DNA of 64,000 nt from Camelus ferus (taxonomy: Eukaryota). The stretch's first letter is position 1, and every line of letters starts with the position of its first letter. A program made the translations under genes and the position numbers. The stretch lies in the NCBI RefSeq assembly GCF_009834535.1, contig NC_045712.1, positions 21,700,001 through 21,764,000 on the forward strand. The letters are read 5' to 3'. The notes beneath the pieces are model-generated. The model was not told the DNA's origin and made no database searches. It was given only the letters and a program-made list of their open reading frames with translations. Below are positions 1-13,365 of the stretch, piece after piece.

Positions 1-159
1 CTGAGCAGATACACTTACTAAGCATCCTTTAATTCTTTCTTTTAAACTAAACGGGATGTATTCAGACCAGGCATAAGCAGAGTCGCCCGGGCGGCGTTCT
101 GAGAATGTGCGCTAGGCATGGACGCCCTCCGGGTGGGGACAAGGCACACAGTGGTGCCT

Positions 160-177
160 GCGCGCCACCTTCTGGCC
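160..177 (-). promoter_or_regulatory. Candidate CTCF motif in a small CpG-rich patch
   Basis: Minus strand GGCCAGAAGGTGGCGCGC matches the core CCASYAGRKGGC with one mismatch, followed by GC. About 9 CpGs lie in 80-170. Confidence 0.5.
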
Positions 178-854
178 AGCCTTGTTCACTTCATAGCAGC
201 CTGAGCAGAGGGCAGGCTGGGAGACTGATATGGGATTCCAGCCTTTGGGAGCCACAGAAAGGATTGTAAGTGATGCTAGGCCCCCATCCCTACACCTTGA
301 CAGGGTAGGGCAGCAGAATGCATAGTTCTGAGACCAGAGAGAGAAGTCCTGCCTGGTCCAGCCTGAAGATAGGTATCCTGGTGCGTGTGTGGGGCCCCCA
401 CTGAGTGGGAAGAAATGTCCCCCAGAGTGCACTGTGGATGCAGCTGGTGTGCGTGCCATTTCCTCTGGGAAGCCCTCCAGTGTCTCAGGGCACCCCTCCT
501 GGAGAAAAGCAGGTCCTTTTCCTGTGAGCACATAGCTCTTCTCGTCCCCTCTCACTGACAGGAACTCTTGCTTTGTGCAGTGAGCTCCTCCCTGCTTCTA
601 TGTCTCCATCAGCTAGCACACTGCCCAACTCGAAGAACATCTGATAAGTGCTTACAGGCCAGAAGGAGGGTAGAGGCAGAGGTGGAAAGAAAGGAGGGCT
701 TGACCAATCACATGGACTTCCATTTCTGCACCCGAAGTAACAAGGACTCAATCAATGTCTGATGAATGAACCTGTGGCATCTGAACTTCTCATTTATTGT
801 AGGAAATTGGTACCCAGATGTTTAATCATTGGCATCCTTCAAATATCATCACAA

Positions 855-1300
855 TCACTAAATAAATATTTACTGGCTACCCCCTCGGTGCAGCAGCAAA
901 GTCTCAGGAGTTCACAAGGGACAGTGGGGGAGAGGCTGAACACATAGACCTTTCCCAAGAGTGATAAGTGAACCGAGGAAACTAAAATAAGGGATTCTTG
1001 CTGAGTGATGTAGGAGGGGTGTGGCTCCTTTGGTCAAAGGTGTATCAAGGACAAGATTCCAGGTAGAAGGAAGAGTAGGCACAAGGATTTGGAGCAGAAA
1101 GGAGCTTGGGGTTTCTGAGGAACAGCCAAAAAAACCTGAGTGTACCTAGAACACAGGCAGCCACACAACTCCTGCAGGTCACAGAGGTGAAGCCAGATCT
1201 AGAAGGGTGCTGGGGCTATGGCCCAGAGTTTGAGTTTTACCCTAAATGCTAAGGGAAGCCAGACCATCTGAGTGATGCATGTGAAAACCTCCTCTGACTT
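855..1300 (-). mobile_element. LINE-2 3' fragment
   Basis: Contains aataaatatttactggc at the L2 end and gagtttgagttttaccctaaatgctaagggaagcc, typical of reverse-oriented L2. Confidence 0.6.
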
Positions 1301-2675
1301 CTGAGTCAGTGGTGCTGGAGAGGGTGGGTAAAAACAGGTGCTCAGCAGAAGAGAGACTGAAGTCATCCAGGAAAGACAGAAAGGAGTCCCTGATTGGGGG
1401 GAGTGACAGAAAGAGGGGCATGGATTTGGGGTGTGTTTTAGAACCAACAGGACATGAGGGTGGATGGCATAGGAGGGGTCCAGAAAAAGCCGCTGGTGGA
1501 GGCCACACCTACACCTGTTGAACTACAAAGAACCCTTAGCATTTGCACTGAGAAAGTGTGGATGGGAAGAAGAAATGAAGGAAGATTGAGGCATTCCTGG
1601 TTGAAAAATTACACACAAAAAAGAAAACTATTAGATGTGTGGGATGGAAGCTAGCCTTTGCATCACTGAGGGTCTCCATCATCACATAAAGATCATATTT
1701 AAACTTTACGTTGAACTTTTTGGGTGGGAATTATACAGGATCTCCTCACATGGCCCATTGCTTGAGCTAAGTCACTTGACTTCAACAAGGATTCTAATAG
1801 TGGCCCTACCTTTTAAGTTCCCATTTAAACTGGTGTTTGATGTACATTATTTAGTTAAATGCTAACACTTATTTGCACATGTCCATAGGAGTGTCTACTT
1901 CATTCAATACGAGAGGACTATGGCATAAGAATATTTACATTTATTAGCATGCCCATGTGTCACTCAGCGTTATCAATGACCTTCTGCCAGGGCCTCAATA
2001 ACCCATGTGCAATAGCAAAAACAATGGAAAAGAGAACTATCTGGGTGTCCACAAGAACAAAATCAGAATCAATATTTAGAGTGGGGCGGGAACAGTCAAG
2101 GACTGACACATGGAATGGCTGGTGATATCAGGAAGAATTCAGGCTGTGGTAATAGCAATGACATTGAACTCCAGAGGGAGTGGGAGTTTCTGTAATGGGA
2201 AGATGACACTGTTATCTGCAGAACTTGGGCTCCTTAAAGAGTTAACTGGAGTTTGACAGAACAACAAACGGTTTGGTGTCTGAGTATTCTGATTTAGATA
2301 ACCTGACAGCTCTGGCTCATCTAAAGTGGGTAACGCTTCCCACCAGCTGTCCTGGCACACAGTGTGTGTGGTTTAGCGTATCTACATGGTTTAGGAGGGA
2401 ACCCGCAGCCAGAGCTGTGTGGCCACACCAGGGGGCCCATCTGTCCTGGCCATTGACTTGATGCCTTTGAATTCCAGACAATTCCCTACAGTGTGGGAAG
2501 GAAGGGCTGAAGTCACAATGGAGGGGATTATGTAGCCATCGACTGTTTGCACAGACTCCCAGGGTAAAACAGTGACTGGTGGTGGTAGTGATGGAGTTTG
2601 TTTTAATCCACTTTAAGGAAAGAGGAGGTCGTACTGTTTATCTAGAAGGGTTCAAAACGTCTGGACACTCTAGAC

Positions 2676-2993
2676 TTACGTCGCTCCATAGGGCAGCCTC
2701 AAGTCATATGTGGCTCTTGAGCTCCTGAAATGTGGCTAGTCAGAATTGTGATGTGCTGTGGGTGTAAAACAGACACCAGCTTTCCAAGATTAGTATGAAA
2801 AGAATATCAAATATCTCATTAATAATTTTTTATATTGATTGTATGTTGAAACAATGTGATTTTGGATAATGAATTAAATAAAATATATTTCACCTGTTTT
2901 CTTTTCACTTTTTAGATGTAGATACCAGAAAATCTTAAATTACAAGGCAGCTCATGTTTGTGGCTCACATTATATTCTTACTAGACAGTGCTG
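2676..2993 (-). mobile_element. MER33-like hAT-Charlie MITE
   Basis: Internal tggctcttgagctcctgaaatgtggctagtc and cacctgttttcttttcac match MER33. The end is gacagtgctg. Near-identical 8-bp TSDs: ctctagac (2668-2675) and gtctagac (2994-3001). Confidence 0.85.
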
Positions 2994-5900
2994 GTCTAGA
3001 CAGATTCTAACTATAATCATCCGATGATGACCCTGTTATTCATCCGTGTGGCTGCAGACACCAGGCCTCTCGGTCACTCCCATCCTCCAACCACTCTACC
3101 TCCCATTTCCTGAAAAACCAACCCATGTAGCAGAGTGAATTTAGTGCATCTAAACTGATCCAGGGGCTATTGGTTCTGGTTCTTTCTAGCCATTTTACCT
3201 CCTTATCACTTGGTGCCTCAGACTCCTGCATGTTACGTGGGAGCTGTACTGCCTCACAGAGAACCCCAGCTCCTCAGCTTGGCACCCCTCGTTGGCTACA
3301 ATCTGACTGCAGGCTGCCTTCTAGGCCCACCTTCCACCCAGGCTTGCCCTCATGCACACCCTTCCTTTAAGCCTCTGGGCCTTTCCACCTGCATCCTAGG
3401 CTTGCCATTAGGTTAAGTGATGATTAAAAGCTTTAACAATAGTAAAACACATTGAACAGTGTCTGTCACATAAAAAGGAATTAACAAATGCTTAAAGAAA
3501 TACTAAGACCAATGACAACAATAATAAACAAACATACAAAAACTCATCTTCTCTAGTCGTCTCTATGGTTACTTACACATCCTCAACTTAAAATCTCCCT
3601 CCTATTCAATCTGGCGTTCTTTCAGGTGGGGAATGCCTCTAACCACTCCAAGCAGCTTGCTCAGCCCTAGAACATGGTGGACATCTAGCAAATGTTGAAG
3701 GAATGAATGAAAATTTCTCTCTACCATTCCTACCTCTCATCTCATCCACCTCTACACTCAGTGGCCCACATGACTGGCAAATTTTCATCAAGAACAGAAA
3801 CCCTCCAGTATCCTTCCCCATCTTCTGGGCTTGCGGACACAGAGCAAACAGCTTTTGGCAAATGTCAACATGGGTTTCGTGGAAATGAGTCCTAGATTTT
3901 GCCTGCCCCAGGCTGCTCTGTGGAGCCTTGCCCATGCTGTGGCTGCTGGAAGGGAGCCTGCTTTGTGTTCTCTTGGTGGTTTGACTAGGCCCACATTCCA
4001 GGCCTCTGTGGGGAAGGCAATCAACTCAGCTGTCCCTTCCTTCTAAAATGGAGGGGCACATAGATTACCAAATCTCAAAGAAAATCAGATCATGCCAAAG
4101 GTGGCCCCTTCCCAGTCTTATCTCCCTCAATGCTCTGTCAGACAAGAGAAAAAGAGACATAGTTAGGTCTCTACATTGTAAGAAAAATTTATAAAGCCCT
4201 CAAAGCCATGGAATAAAGTGCAAGAAAAATCAATCTAGACAATAACTCTAAGTAACTATACCTTGAAATATTTTCAACCTGAATGTTGAAGAGTGGTAGA
4301 GGCCAAGAAAAACTTCCAGATGTTTAATAACTACTCAAAAAGCATTCCTCAAGGTCTAACTTGAATCCCTCTTGCTGTGCTGTTGTCCTATTCCCCACCA
4401 GTGAGATAGTCCCCAGCCCACTTGAAGATTGCTCCATCAGCCCCTAGTCTAATACATAGGACCCAGCACACTGGGCACCAGGTAAATGTTTGTTGAATCA
4501 GTATCAGTTAGTCTACCAGAAGTCACAAGCAGGTGGCAGGGACAGAGTTGTTGAGAAACACTTGGAGAAAAACTTGGAGAGCTCAGTTATCAACAGAAAA
4601 GTATTACTTGAGTACTTTTGCCAATTAAACCAAAGCCTGTCTTCTGAGTAAGGCTTCTACATCTGAGCTGTTTTTGGAGACACTTTATGATTCACACCCA
4701 AATAATACAAGATGAAAGAAAATACTGCATAAAATCAAGGCTAATATTAAGTTTAAGGGGAAAATTTTATTGGACAAATTAGAAAAATATTGGTATTGTA
4801 CTTCAGAGAAACCCACTTCTTTCCTCTGGCTGCAGGGGCAGAAATGATCTCAGTGGAAGAGGGAGAGAGAACATGAGTTATTTTAAGTGATCTTGCTCCA
4901 TCCTCTCCTGCTGGCCACAACCTCCCATTCACACCCACCGTGCTAATCTGGCAGCCTTGGCTAGAACCGAGGGGAACATCCATTTGTAACTGGGATTCGA
5001 TTATACGGCTGGGCTTGGAGAAGGCCAGCTAGGTTGGAGTGAGGATTCCCCACCCGAGCTGACCACGGAAGCTGCTGGTGGCTGGCTGGCTGAGCCGTGT
5101 ACGAGGGTCTGACCAAGTACATTTAAGTCTGGTGCAGACACCAGGTTTCCAGGGAAGCTCACCAATTATATCCTCCCGAAGGACCCAACATAAGTGGAAA
5201 TGAAAACAGTGGCTTTGGAGGACCCCTTCATTCATTCCCCTCCCCAACCCCTCCTCTGTGTTGAGTGGCTGTAGTGAGGGAGCAGGAGGGACAAAGCTTT
5301 CTGCTTTGGTTGTTCAGGTGAACAAGACAGTGAGAAACAAACTACCTGTTGCACTGGAGCCAGGGTATTCCCTCCACCTGGACTGACTTAACTGTCATTC
5401 TTTAGTTACTGCAGCTTTTGGTATGATTCTTATTACTACTTCAACAACAACAACAAACTTTGTTTTCCTACACAGTAGGGCTCATCTAGAACCTCACAGT
5501 TCAGCTATTGTCTACCTGTCTCCTAGTTCAGAGTTGGCCAAGAAAACTGAGAATGTGTGTGTGCCTGTATGAGAGACAGAGACAGAGAGGGAGACAGAGA
5601 GACAGAGGGAGGGGGGTGAGACAGATGAACAAGTACAGACAGGCTTAGCTGAGGCTGCACAGACTAAGTTGATGTCAGACTGAAAGCAGGATTGCGTGCA
5701 GACTACCTGATTCCAAAGACTCTGTATCCGTTCACTCAAGTGTGTGCGCGTGTATGTGTACGATCACTTGCCAATATTTATCATAATAAAGTGAATCAAC
5801 TAAATAATCAAAAAGTGTTCTTTAAATCCCTCCTGAGCATTCACCACCATCAGGTCCTCCCAACCTTTATAGCACCTAAGCATAGATCAATAAAACCAAT

Positions 5901-6039
5901 ATAACACACAAGGTGCCTGTATAACCACCACTGTCCCCCACGATGTCCTGGCGCCTGCTTCATCACACAAGGCTCTTTGCTTGCATTATCCCATTTACTC
6001 TGACAACCAGTGATATATACACTTTGGTTACGGCAGGAC

Positions 6040-6135
6040 TATAAAAGAAAATGATGCTCAGAGAGGCTGTGTAACTTGCCCAAAGTCACACAGTTAGGAT
6101 ATGGCAGGACCAAGAGTCAAGGGCAACCTGTGTTT
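6040..6135 (-). mobile_element. MIR fragment
   Basis: MIR core gctcagagaggctgtgtaacttgcccaaagtcacacag. Confidence 0.8.
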
Positions 6136-7413
6136 TGTGGAAGTTGAGTTCCTTATACTACATTGCTGTCTTTTTCCCAGGAGGAAGATGCAAAACTCAA
6201 GGCAGAGTCAATACCCACTACTGATCTCACTCAGATGGGTTAGTTCACGTAATCCTCAATGGGCATCACTCCAAACCTCTTCTGATTATGGCACAGCCTC
6301 AGGGTCACAGGCCCACAAACAGGATACATGGCCCATTGACCTGGCCACTCCTTACGTTCTTATCGTGGATCAATTGCAGAATGCTTCATCTGATTTGGGT
6401 TTGAGTTCTCACAAGTGAGATATGCAGCATTTGCCTGGGCCACCCCATTTATGGGAATTTGGCCCCGGCTACCATTTCCAGTGAAATCATTCAGTACAAT
6501 GTTTCAACACTGAGAAGAACAGAAATGACTTGTATTTGTGAGCATCTGCACTGCCAGGAGATGATCAGTGTTGACTGGTTGCCCTGATTTTCTAAGAGCC
6601 TTTCAGGTGACCTCTCAGTGGCTACAGCCCTGGTAGGCGCATCAGATGGATTATTTGCAAACAGACCATTTGCTGTATGACCAGGCAATATAAGAGAACA
6701 GAAAGACTTTGTGAGTTGACTGGGAAGATGAGAGCTGCTCATTTCCATTGCTGTAGAGAGAGGGAAGGTACCTTGGTGACTTCTGACATCTGGTTCCATT
6801 TTGTTCCTTCTTTAAAAGCTGATAAATAGAAAGCTAATTCATTCACTGGGGGAAGATCCAGGCTTGATTATTTCATTTACTCTGGTCCCACTCCAACTCG
6901 GAATAAATAAGCACTAGGAGCCCATACTCAACCACACCAAAAACATAACTACTACCACCTCTCAAGAGGCAACCTCAACTGGGTGGCTTAGAAATGGGTA
7001 ACATGTGCTAAGCTTTTTAAACTTAGATATGTTTTTAGACTTAATTAGCCTTAAAAAGTTAGTAGCTTTTTCAGTCAGACTTTTCAATAATTCTGAGTTA
7101 CATTTGGAATTAGCAAACCAGTTAATTTAACCCTTTTTTGATAAAAAGATGGTTGAAGTCAGATATTACCTTAAGTCCCATCCTGAAGCATGCATATGGG
7201 ATCCACATGATGTGGCCATGACTCCACTAATACCAGTGCAATTAGAGCAAAGTTGGATGATGATGGAGCTCAAACATGAACTTTTTCTAAACAATGATTC
7301 AAATGAGAAGCAAACTGGTCCCCGAGATGTTTCACCAATAAACATTTGCACAACAGGCACTGCTATTTTCTAATTTTGATGAAAGGGAAAAAGATACGTG
7401 GGGTGGATGGATA

Positions 7414-7438
7414 TGTGTGAGTGTGTGTGTGTGTGTGT
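7414..7438 (+). repeat. (TG)n microsatellite
   Basis: tgtgtgagtgtgtgtgtgtgtgtgt. Confidence 0.9.
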
Positions 7439-8394
7439 AGCTATAAGAAACGACCTACACTTTCTTAACGTTCAAAAGCAGAGTTCACTATATTACTCTT
7501 TATACTTTTTATATCTTCTTTAAAATTAGCTAAACACAAACCCAAAGGGATGCACCCCCCCCCTTTTTTTTAACACATTGCAACTAGTCCAAGGATAGCA
7601 AATGTGTGGTACACTCACTGCCATGGCCCCTCCAGAGTCCATGGTGGACCAGGGCCTCCTAACTGACAAGCCTGGCTACACTTCAGAATCCTCCTCAACA
7701 CAGCGCTCCAGGAAGCCTCTCCCCAGGGATCTGAGTAGACAGTGATATCCTGGGCTGTCCCAGATTTGGCCTAACCCCACTCACTTTAGAGAGAGTGAAA
7801 ACAATGCTGAAGGAAAATGGTTTACATGTCAGGTCACCAAACAATGCTACTGGATATAGTTTAGGCAGGACATGGAGAAAATATCACTTGTTTCAATTAA
7901 ACAAAAAAGGTATTGCTCAATACCTTCCAGGCAGCAGGCACTGGGCTTAGGCAATGTAATCTGGGGGCAAATCCCATCATAATGAACTTCCAGGGACCCC
8001 GTATCTAATTGTTGTATCAAATGTGCAGTGAGTGCGTCTCAGGCGGAAGTATGAGAGACCATTTGTTATATAAAGGTACCTATTATGATGGGTTTCAAGT
8101 TGTCCAGAATTAAAAATGTTTCCATATATTGTCAGATATGAAATAAATACATATATAATACATATAGATACATATGGATTTACATATAAAAGCATAATAG
8201 TAAATATAGTTACCCTGCATTATTCACATATTGTGTGTCAAAATACCAGTTTTAAACTATTAAAACAACCTTTAGGAGGCAACATAATGAATGGAGCATT
8301 CAAAGTGAAAATTGCTGCAAAGTGTCATCATTGCAGAACTGAACAAAATATTTTAAAATCATAAAGGGAGAAACACAGAAGTACTTTCTCTTAC

Positions 8395-8469
8395 CAGTGG
8401 TCTGAGTTCTGGATGCGTCAGGATATATCCATTATTTGTGATTGCAAAGGCATAGCCGTGAATCCCTAA
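8395..8469 (-). CDS. CACNA2D3: CACNA2D3 internal exon, 75 nt ([25 protein letters not shown]), probably exon 17
   Basis: Minus strand reads gctaat...ttctttctcggtgcttcttacag|TTA GGG ATT CAC...AGA CCA CTG|gtaaga. [16 protein letters not shown] is the conserved alpha2delta Cache motif. Confidence 0.98.
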
Positions 8470-9032
8470 CTGTAAGAAGCACCGAGAAAGAAACCTTCAT
8501 TAGCTTACTCCCTGGTGAATTCACAAAGCAGAAAGCAGCCCGACATTTAGTAATTTACAGCTTAAACTTGGCATTCATAACCCTTATCAGCACAATATTT
8601 CATTAAAATGAATGCAAGGCGCTGATCCTTGACATTTGGTGGAAATGAAGACCCGTCACAGGATAAGCTCAGCAAATAGCACAATTTAAAATGTCATAGC
8701 CCCACGTTGGCATCCAAAGGCCTAACTTTGATTTATTTGAAACAAAAAGAATTATGTTTTTAAAAAAAAAAGAGAGCAGTTAATGTTTCTGGAAAGCCCC
8801 TATGTCCAAGTGAACACAATTTTATCAACCTGGGTGTCTCCTCTTTACCTCAGATAAGGCAAGAGGACTCCCATTTGGGTTCCTACAATTCCACACCCTG
8901 AGGGGCCACCTCAAGCATGCACTCTCCTAGGCAGTCATTTTCCATAATTCTTCAAGGATAAAAGTGTCCCCACCAGCCTATATAAGAGCCTGCCAACCCC
9001 TTTTATATCCTTTCGTCTTTAAATTGTGAGGC

Positions 9033-9348
9033 NNNNNNNNNNNNNNNNNNNNNNNNNNNNNNNNNNNNNNNNNNNNNNNNNNNNNNNNNNNNNNNNNNNN
9101 NNNNNNNNNNNNNNNNNNNNNNNNNNNNNNNNNNNNNNNNNNNNNNNNNNNNNNNNNNNNNNNNNNNNNNNNNNNNNNNNNNNNNNNNNNNNNNNNNNNN
9201 NNNNNNNNNNNNNNNNNNNNNNNNNNNNNNNNNNNNNNNNNNNNNNNNNNNNNNNNNNNNNNNNNNNNNNNNNNNNNNNNNNNNNNNNNNNNNNNNNNNN
9301 NNNNNNNNNNNNNNNNNNNNNNNNNNNNNNNNNNNNNNNNNNNNNNNN
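9033..9348. other. Assembly gap (316 N)
   Basis: N run. Confidence 0.99.
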
Positions 9349-10369
9349 AAAGAAAATGTAACCCATTTTTGCCAGAGCAGTGAAAGCGGAGAAGGAAAAA
9401 TATCCTCTATTTTTTCTGATGAGTTATTTCATAGTCCGGAGACCTCACTGTTACTTTTCTTTAAAATACTCCGCTGTTTATGCTCTTGAATATGATACTA
9501 TTAAATGATCCAGACAACAGCATTTACAAACCAAGTTTGCTTGTTAGCTTAACTTCAAGGTGATGTGAAATTAACTTCAGAGAATTTAACACCGGCAATT
9601 AAAAGTTTTCCTTGCATTACATAAAGCAAATATACATGTGGTAGTCAAGGGCAACAGACATTCTCTTCTGGAGTTACCTTGCACAGCAAGTCTTAATAAG
9701 ATTCTACTTGATTCTAATGATAAAAGTATATTTCATTATGTTGTGAAAGATAAACCAGAGATTTCCTACCCTTTGAGATGCATATCATCTCTTTCATCTT
9801 GTCTCTTGGAAAAATGTCAGACACAGTCAACACTGCATTAATTACCATTATTATGTCCCAGTTTAATATGGACTGGAGGGGTCAAAAAGGACGCAGAGAG
9901 TTTGGCTTTTTCCATTAAAGGCAAAAGTGGTATTTGACTGGAAATTCAAACTCACGGCAATGTCCAAACAAATAATATTTTACAGGCTAGTAATATATTC
10001 AGAGCCTTCTAGTGTACATTCCTTCAGTTCTTGGTTTGCTTGTAGGAAGTAATACTCAAAAGAAGATAAAACTCTGTGCATATGCCCCCTTAGTGCCCTC
10101 TACTTTTCTTGTGGAGTACTTATCAAAATGCTAATAATCAATTATTTGTGAGGTTGATTATAAGTAATCAAGGCATCAGTCAAGGCCTTTATTTCATGCC
10201 TGGCTCCCTTGCAGAATATAACTTCCATGATGCCCAAGGTCATATCATGTGGTTATGCAAGGATAGCTGGGATGGAAGGAAGAAGAGTAGGGAAAGGAGA
10301 AAGCGGATAAGGAGGAAAGAGGGAAACAATGAAAGAAACTGAATTGAGGGCAGATCCTACAAAGCTGTC

Positions 10370-11825
10370 TTAAACTCTCTGCTTTCTCCCTTGGGATGCA
10401 GAGGCTGAGCTGACCTTCCCACCCGATGTCTTCCACTCATTGTTTAACTGCCATTTTTGCTTCCTTGTTGCTCATTCATGGCTCAACTTACTAAAATTTG
10501 TCTCCGCTGTGTCCCCTCACCCACAAAGATGCCACTAGAACTCCTTTCTCTGCTGTTGTGTGGCCTCCTAATTGCCAAACCCTATAGAAAGCTCCCTCTT
10601 GAATCTTCCCAGTTGTATTAGCTGACTGCCCCCTCCTCCTTGACCCTCTCTATTTCCTCAGCTTCTAGGCCCATATTCTCGGGTTTCTTCCTTTTCATAG
10701 GATCCTCACCCCACCCAACCCACCAGAAGCACTAATTTTTCTCTCAGTTTCTGTCCTCACTGCCCCTTATCTGCTTTAGCTCTCTCTCTCCCCAAAAATG
10801 AGTCAGCAACCACAGAGATGCTGTTGATCTCCAGATCTGTGCTCCAGCCTTGGCCTCTCCCTCAGTGGCAGATCCAAATATCCAACAATGCATCGACCAT
10901 CTCTACCTGGACATCCCTCAGGCACCTTGGACTCACTCAGTCCAATATGGTGGCTCATCCCCTTAGCGCTCCTCTTCCTGCTCTTCTCTCTCCTTAGGTG
11001 GCACCACCCCTGCCCCAGACTCCAAGTTAGAAACTAGAGCATCATCCTTCTCTTTTCTCTCTTTCACCCCCAACTTCTTGACCTAAGTAATCACTAATTT
11101 TTCCTCCAGAAATCACTCACATTCAACTCTGCCTCCCCACCCTAACGTCCATGTAGGTTTAATGTAATAGATTTCCACAATGGTCCTACCTGCTCTTCCT
11201 GCCTCAAAGCTTGGCCTCAACAAAGTCATCATTCATGTTAATCAAACTCAGAGGTAACTTATTCGGTTGCTCCCCTTTGCAAAACCCACTAAAGACCTCT
11301 TTCATGTGTAAGATAAAAATCCATGGGCTTATCCATCTGATCTCCCAGGGGTGTGGCCCCTACTTAATTACCCAAACCTGCCTCCTTCCATTCATGCCCT
11401 CTCAAGGCACATGGAAGTGATAACAAACCCCTGGCAGTTTTTCTCCCACCTAAACATTTACTCCAGCGGTGCCAGCTGCCAAGAGCACTGTTCTTTCCCA
11501 TCTCCCTCTATAGCTAATTCTCACCCATTCTACACATTCAGCCTTGCGATCATTTCCTATAAAGTTTTTCCTATTATGTTCATCAAGAATTTTTCCATTG
11601 TTACCTTCACCTTAATGCATGAAAATGCTACACTTACTTTTCTGCCTGCCTCTCAACCCTGGCTGGTTCTCTTTCTTTCCTCTGCCTTGTTCTAGATAAG
11701 GCAGTATGCCTCCCCCATCAAAACGGGCTCTTTGTTGGGAAGGAACTATCTCACTCACCTTTGACACTCCAGTCTCTAGCATAACATCTGGCATGTGACA
11801 GGTGCTCTAATTAAGGTTTCATGTA
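10370..11825 (+). mobile_element. LINE-2 3' portion (~1.4 kb, degraded)
   Basis: Pyrimidine-rich, with L2 hallmarks ccaaatatccaacaatgc...catctctacctggacatccctcaggcacc and the 3' end catctggcatgtgacaggtgctctaa. Confidence 0.75.
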
Positions 11826-12999
11826 TTTAAGACATTCATCACTTTACCCAAATATTATCTAGTTCATCTTTAAAGTTTGAGCTAAAGTAAATACTGAACC
11901 TGAGCTGAAAAGGAGAAGCTGATTTGCTAGAGCAGGTACATATTCAGTCCTCCTCAACACTGTACCTGAGAAAGTCTTCGAGACATTCAGAAACTATCTG
12001 GTTAAAATCCTTCTCAGAGAACAGTCTGAGAAACATCAGAAGGCTTCATTGGTTGGTTGGTAGCATATGGATATAACCTCATGTAGATGTAAGAAGAGAA
12101 TGAGCAAATCTCAAAACCCATTGTGCAGATGACCTTCAGAAAACCTAAAGCCTGTATATGGCAAAATGTCCAACATCTGTTTTTGGCCACAACTCAATAT
12201 ACCGATGAAACCTCTAATTTTTGTTTCATCTGAAACAGAACCAGTCTTCCTGTCCACTCTGAAGTGCAGTCCCATGGAGTAATAAGACAACAGACAGGAC
12301 ACAAGGCCTTCCAGCACTTGAGGCTGCCAAAGGGACCCTTGTTCTGAAGCACAGTCTTTTGGAAGCCAGGAGCCTCAAGGTCCAAGAGCCCGGGGAAGGA
12401 GGTGCTTTCCTTCCAAGTGCAGAGACTTTGGGCTAATGAAGTGAACCCAATTATAAAATGGCTCATTATGTTAACGGAGGCTGTGGTGTCTGGAAATTAT
12501 TGCTGGGGTGTCTGGAATTCTTAATAAAAATTACAGGAAGTCTGATTGCTTGTGGGAAAATCTACAAAGCTAAGGGAAAAGAAAGGATTCTATCTTCTGG
12601 GAAAACCCCAAGAGCCAAGAGCTGACTCATCTTTACAAGGTGTTAATCAGGAGAGAAAGGTGTGATCTGCAGTCTGCTCCCTGGAACTCTCCTCTCCCGG
12701 ATGAGAGAGGCTCATTTGACTATAGCTGACCCCGTCTGCCACACACACCTTTTCCCAAAGCTCTTTGTGGGAACCAGAGGAAATACAACTTAGATTAAGG
12801 TATGTTATACCTGGGTCTCTGGTTCCCAGCAAGACCCTTGGGAAAGCATAAAACAGAAGTGCCTGTATTTCAGGCATTGCTGAGTTAATTTTCTGTAGCT
12901 GATCTTCCTCTATTCCCTTGTTACACTTTGTTTCATTTATCTTTTACTAGCTGAGTTATGCTGAGAAAGTTATTTCATGTATCCTCATCTAAAAACGAG

Positions 13000-13365
13000 A
13001 CCAAGTGGAACCCATTTCAAGGGCGTGTAATACAGATTCAGTGGGAATAGCATATATAAAGCACTTGTACCGTACCAAACATACAGTAAAAAGTTCAATG
13101 AATATTTTATTGTATTATTTTAACTACTAATATTATTTTTAATATTTTAACTATTATTTTAAACTATTACTATTATTGTCCTTTATTGTTCCTAATGGCT
13201 GTAGGGTAATAAAGGCTAAAAGCATGGATTGCTGGTCATGAGACGTGGTGAGATATTTAAACTTTCTGAGCCTCCATTTCTTTAGGCAAGGTTGTAATAG
13301 CAGTGTCTACTTATTATTAACCAAGATAATGCTATAAAGAGCTTAGCATATTGCCTGGTAGAGGA
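13000..13365 (+). mobile_element. Two MIR fragments separated by an AT-rich low-complexity tract
   Basis: gatatttaaactttctgagcctccatttc and ataatgctataaagagcttagcatattgcctgg; low-complexity sequence at 13100-13180. Confidence 0.6.

Noticed and set aside
112-555. 147-aa minus-strand ORF
   Set aside because: No recognisable domain, Cys/Pro/Ser-rich random composition, no splice or promoter context; expected by chance in GC-richer intron.
7008-7062. Imperfect inverted repeat ctaagctttttaa / ttaaaaagttag
   Set aside because: Low-complexity A/T arms with a bulge and an unpaired interior; not a credible pre-miRNA.
9019-9366. ORFs made of X residues (also near 24.3 kb, 49.1 kb and 57.3 kb)
   Set aside because: Artefacts of N gaps.
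12011-12032. TTCTCAGA-gaacag-TCTGAGAA palindrome
   Set aside because: 8-bp arms with no supporting motif context; chance level in 64 kb.
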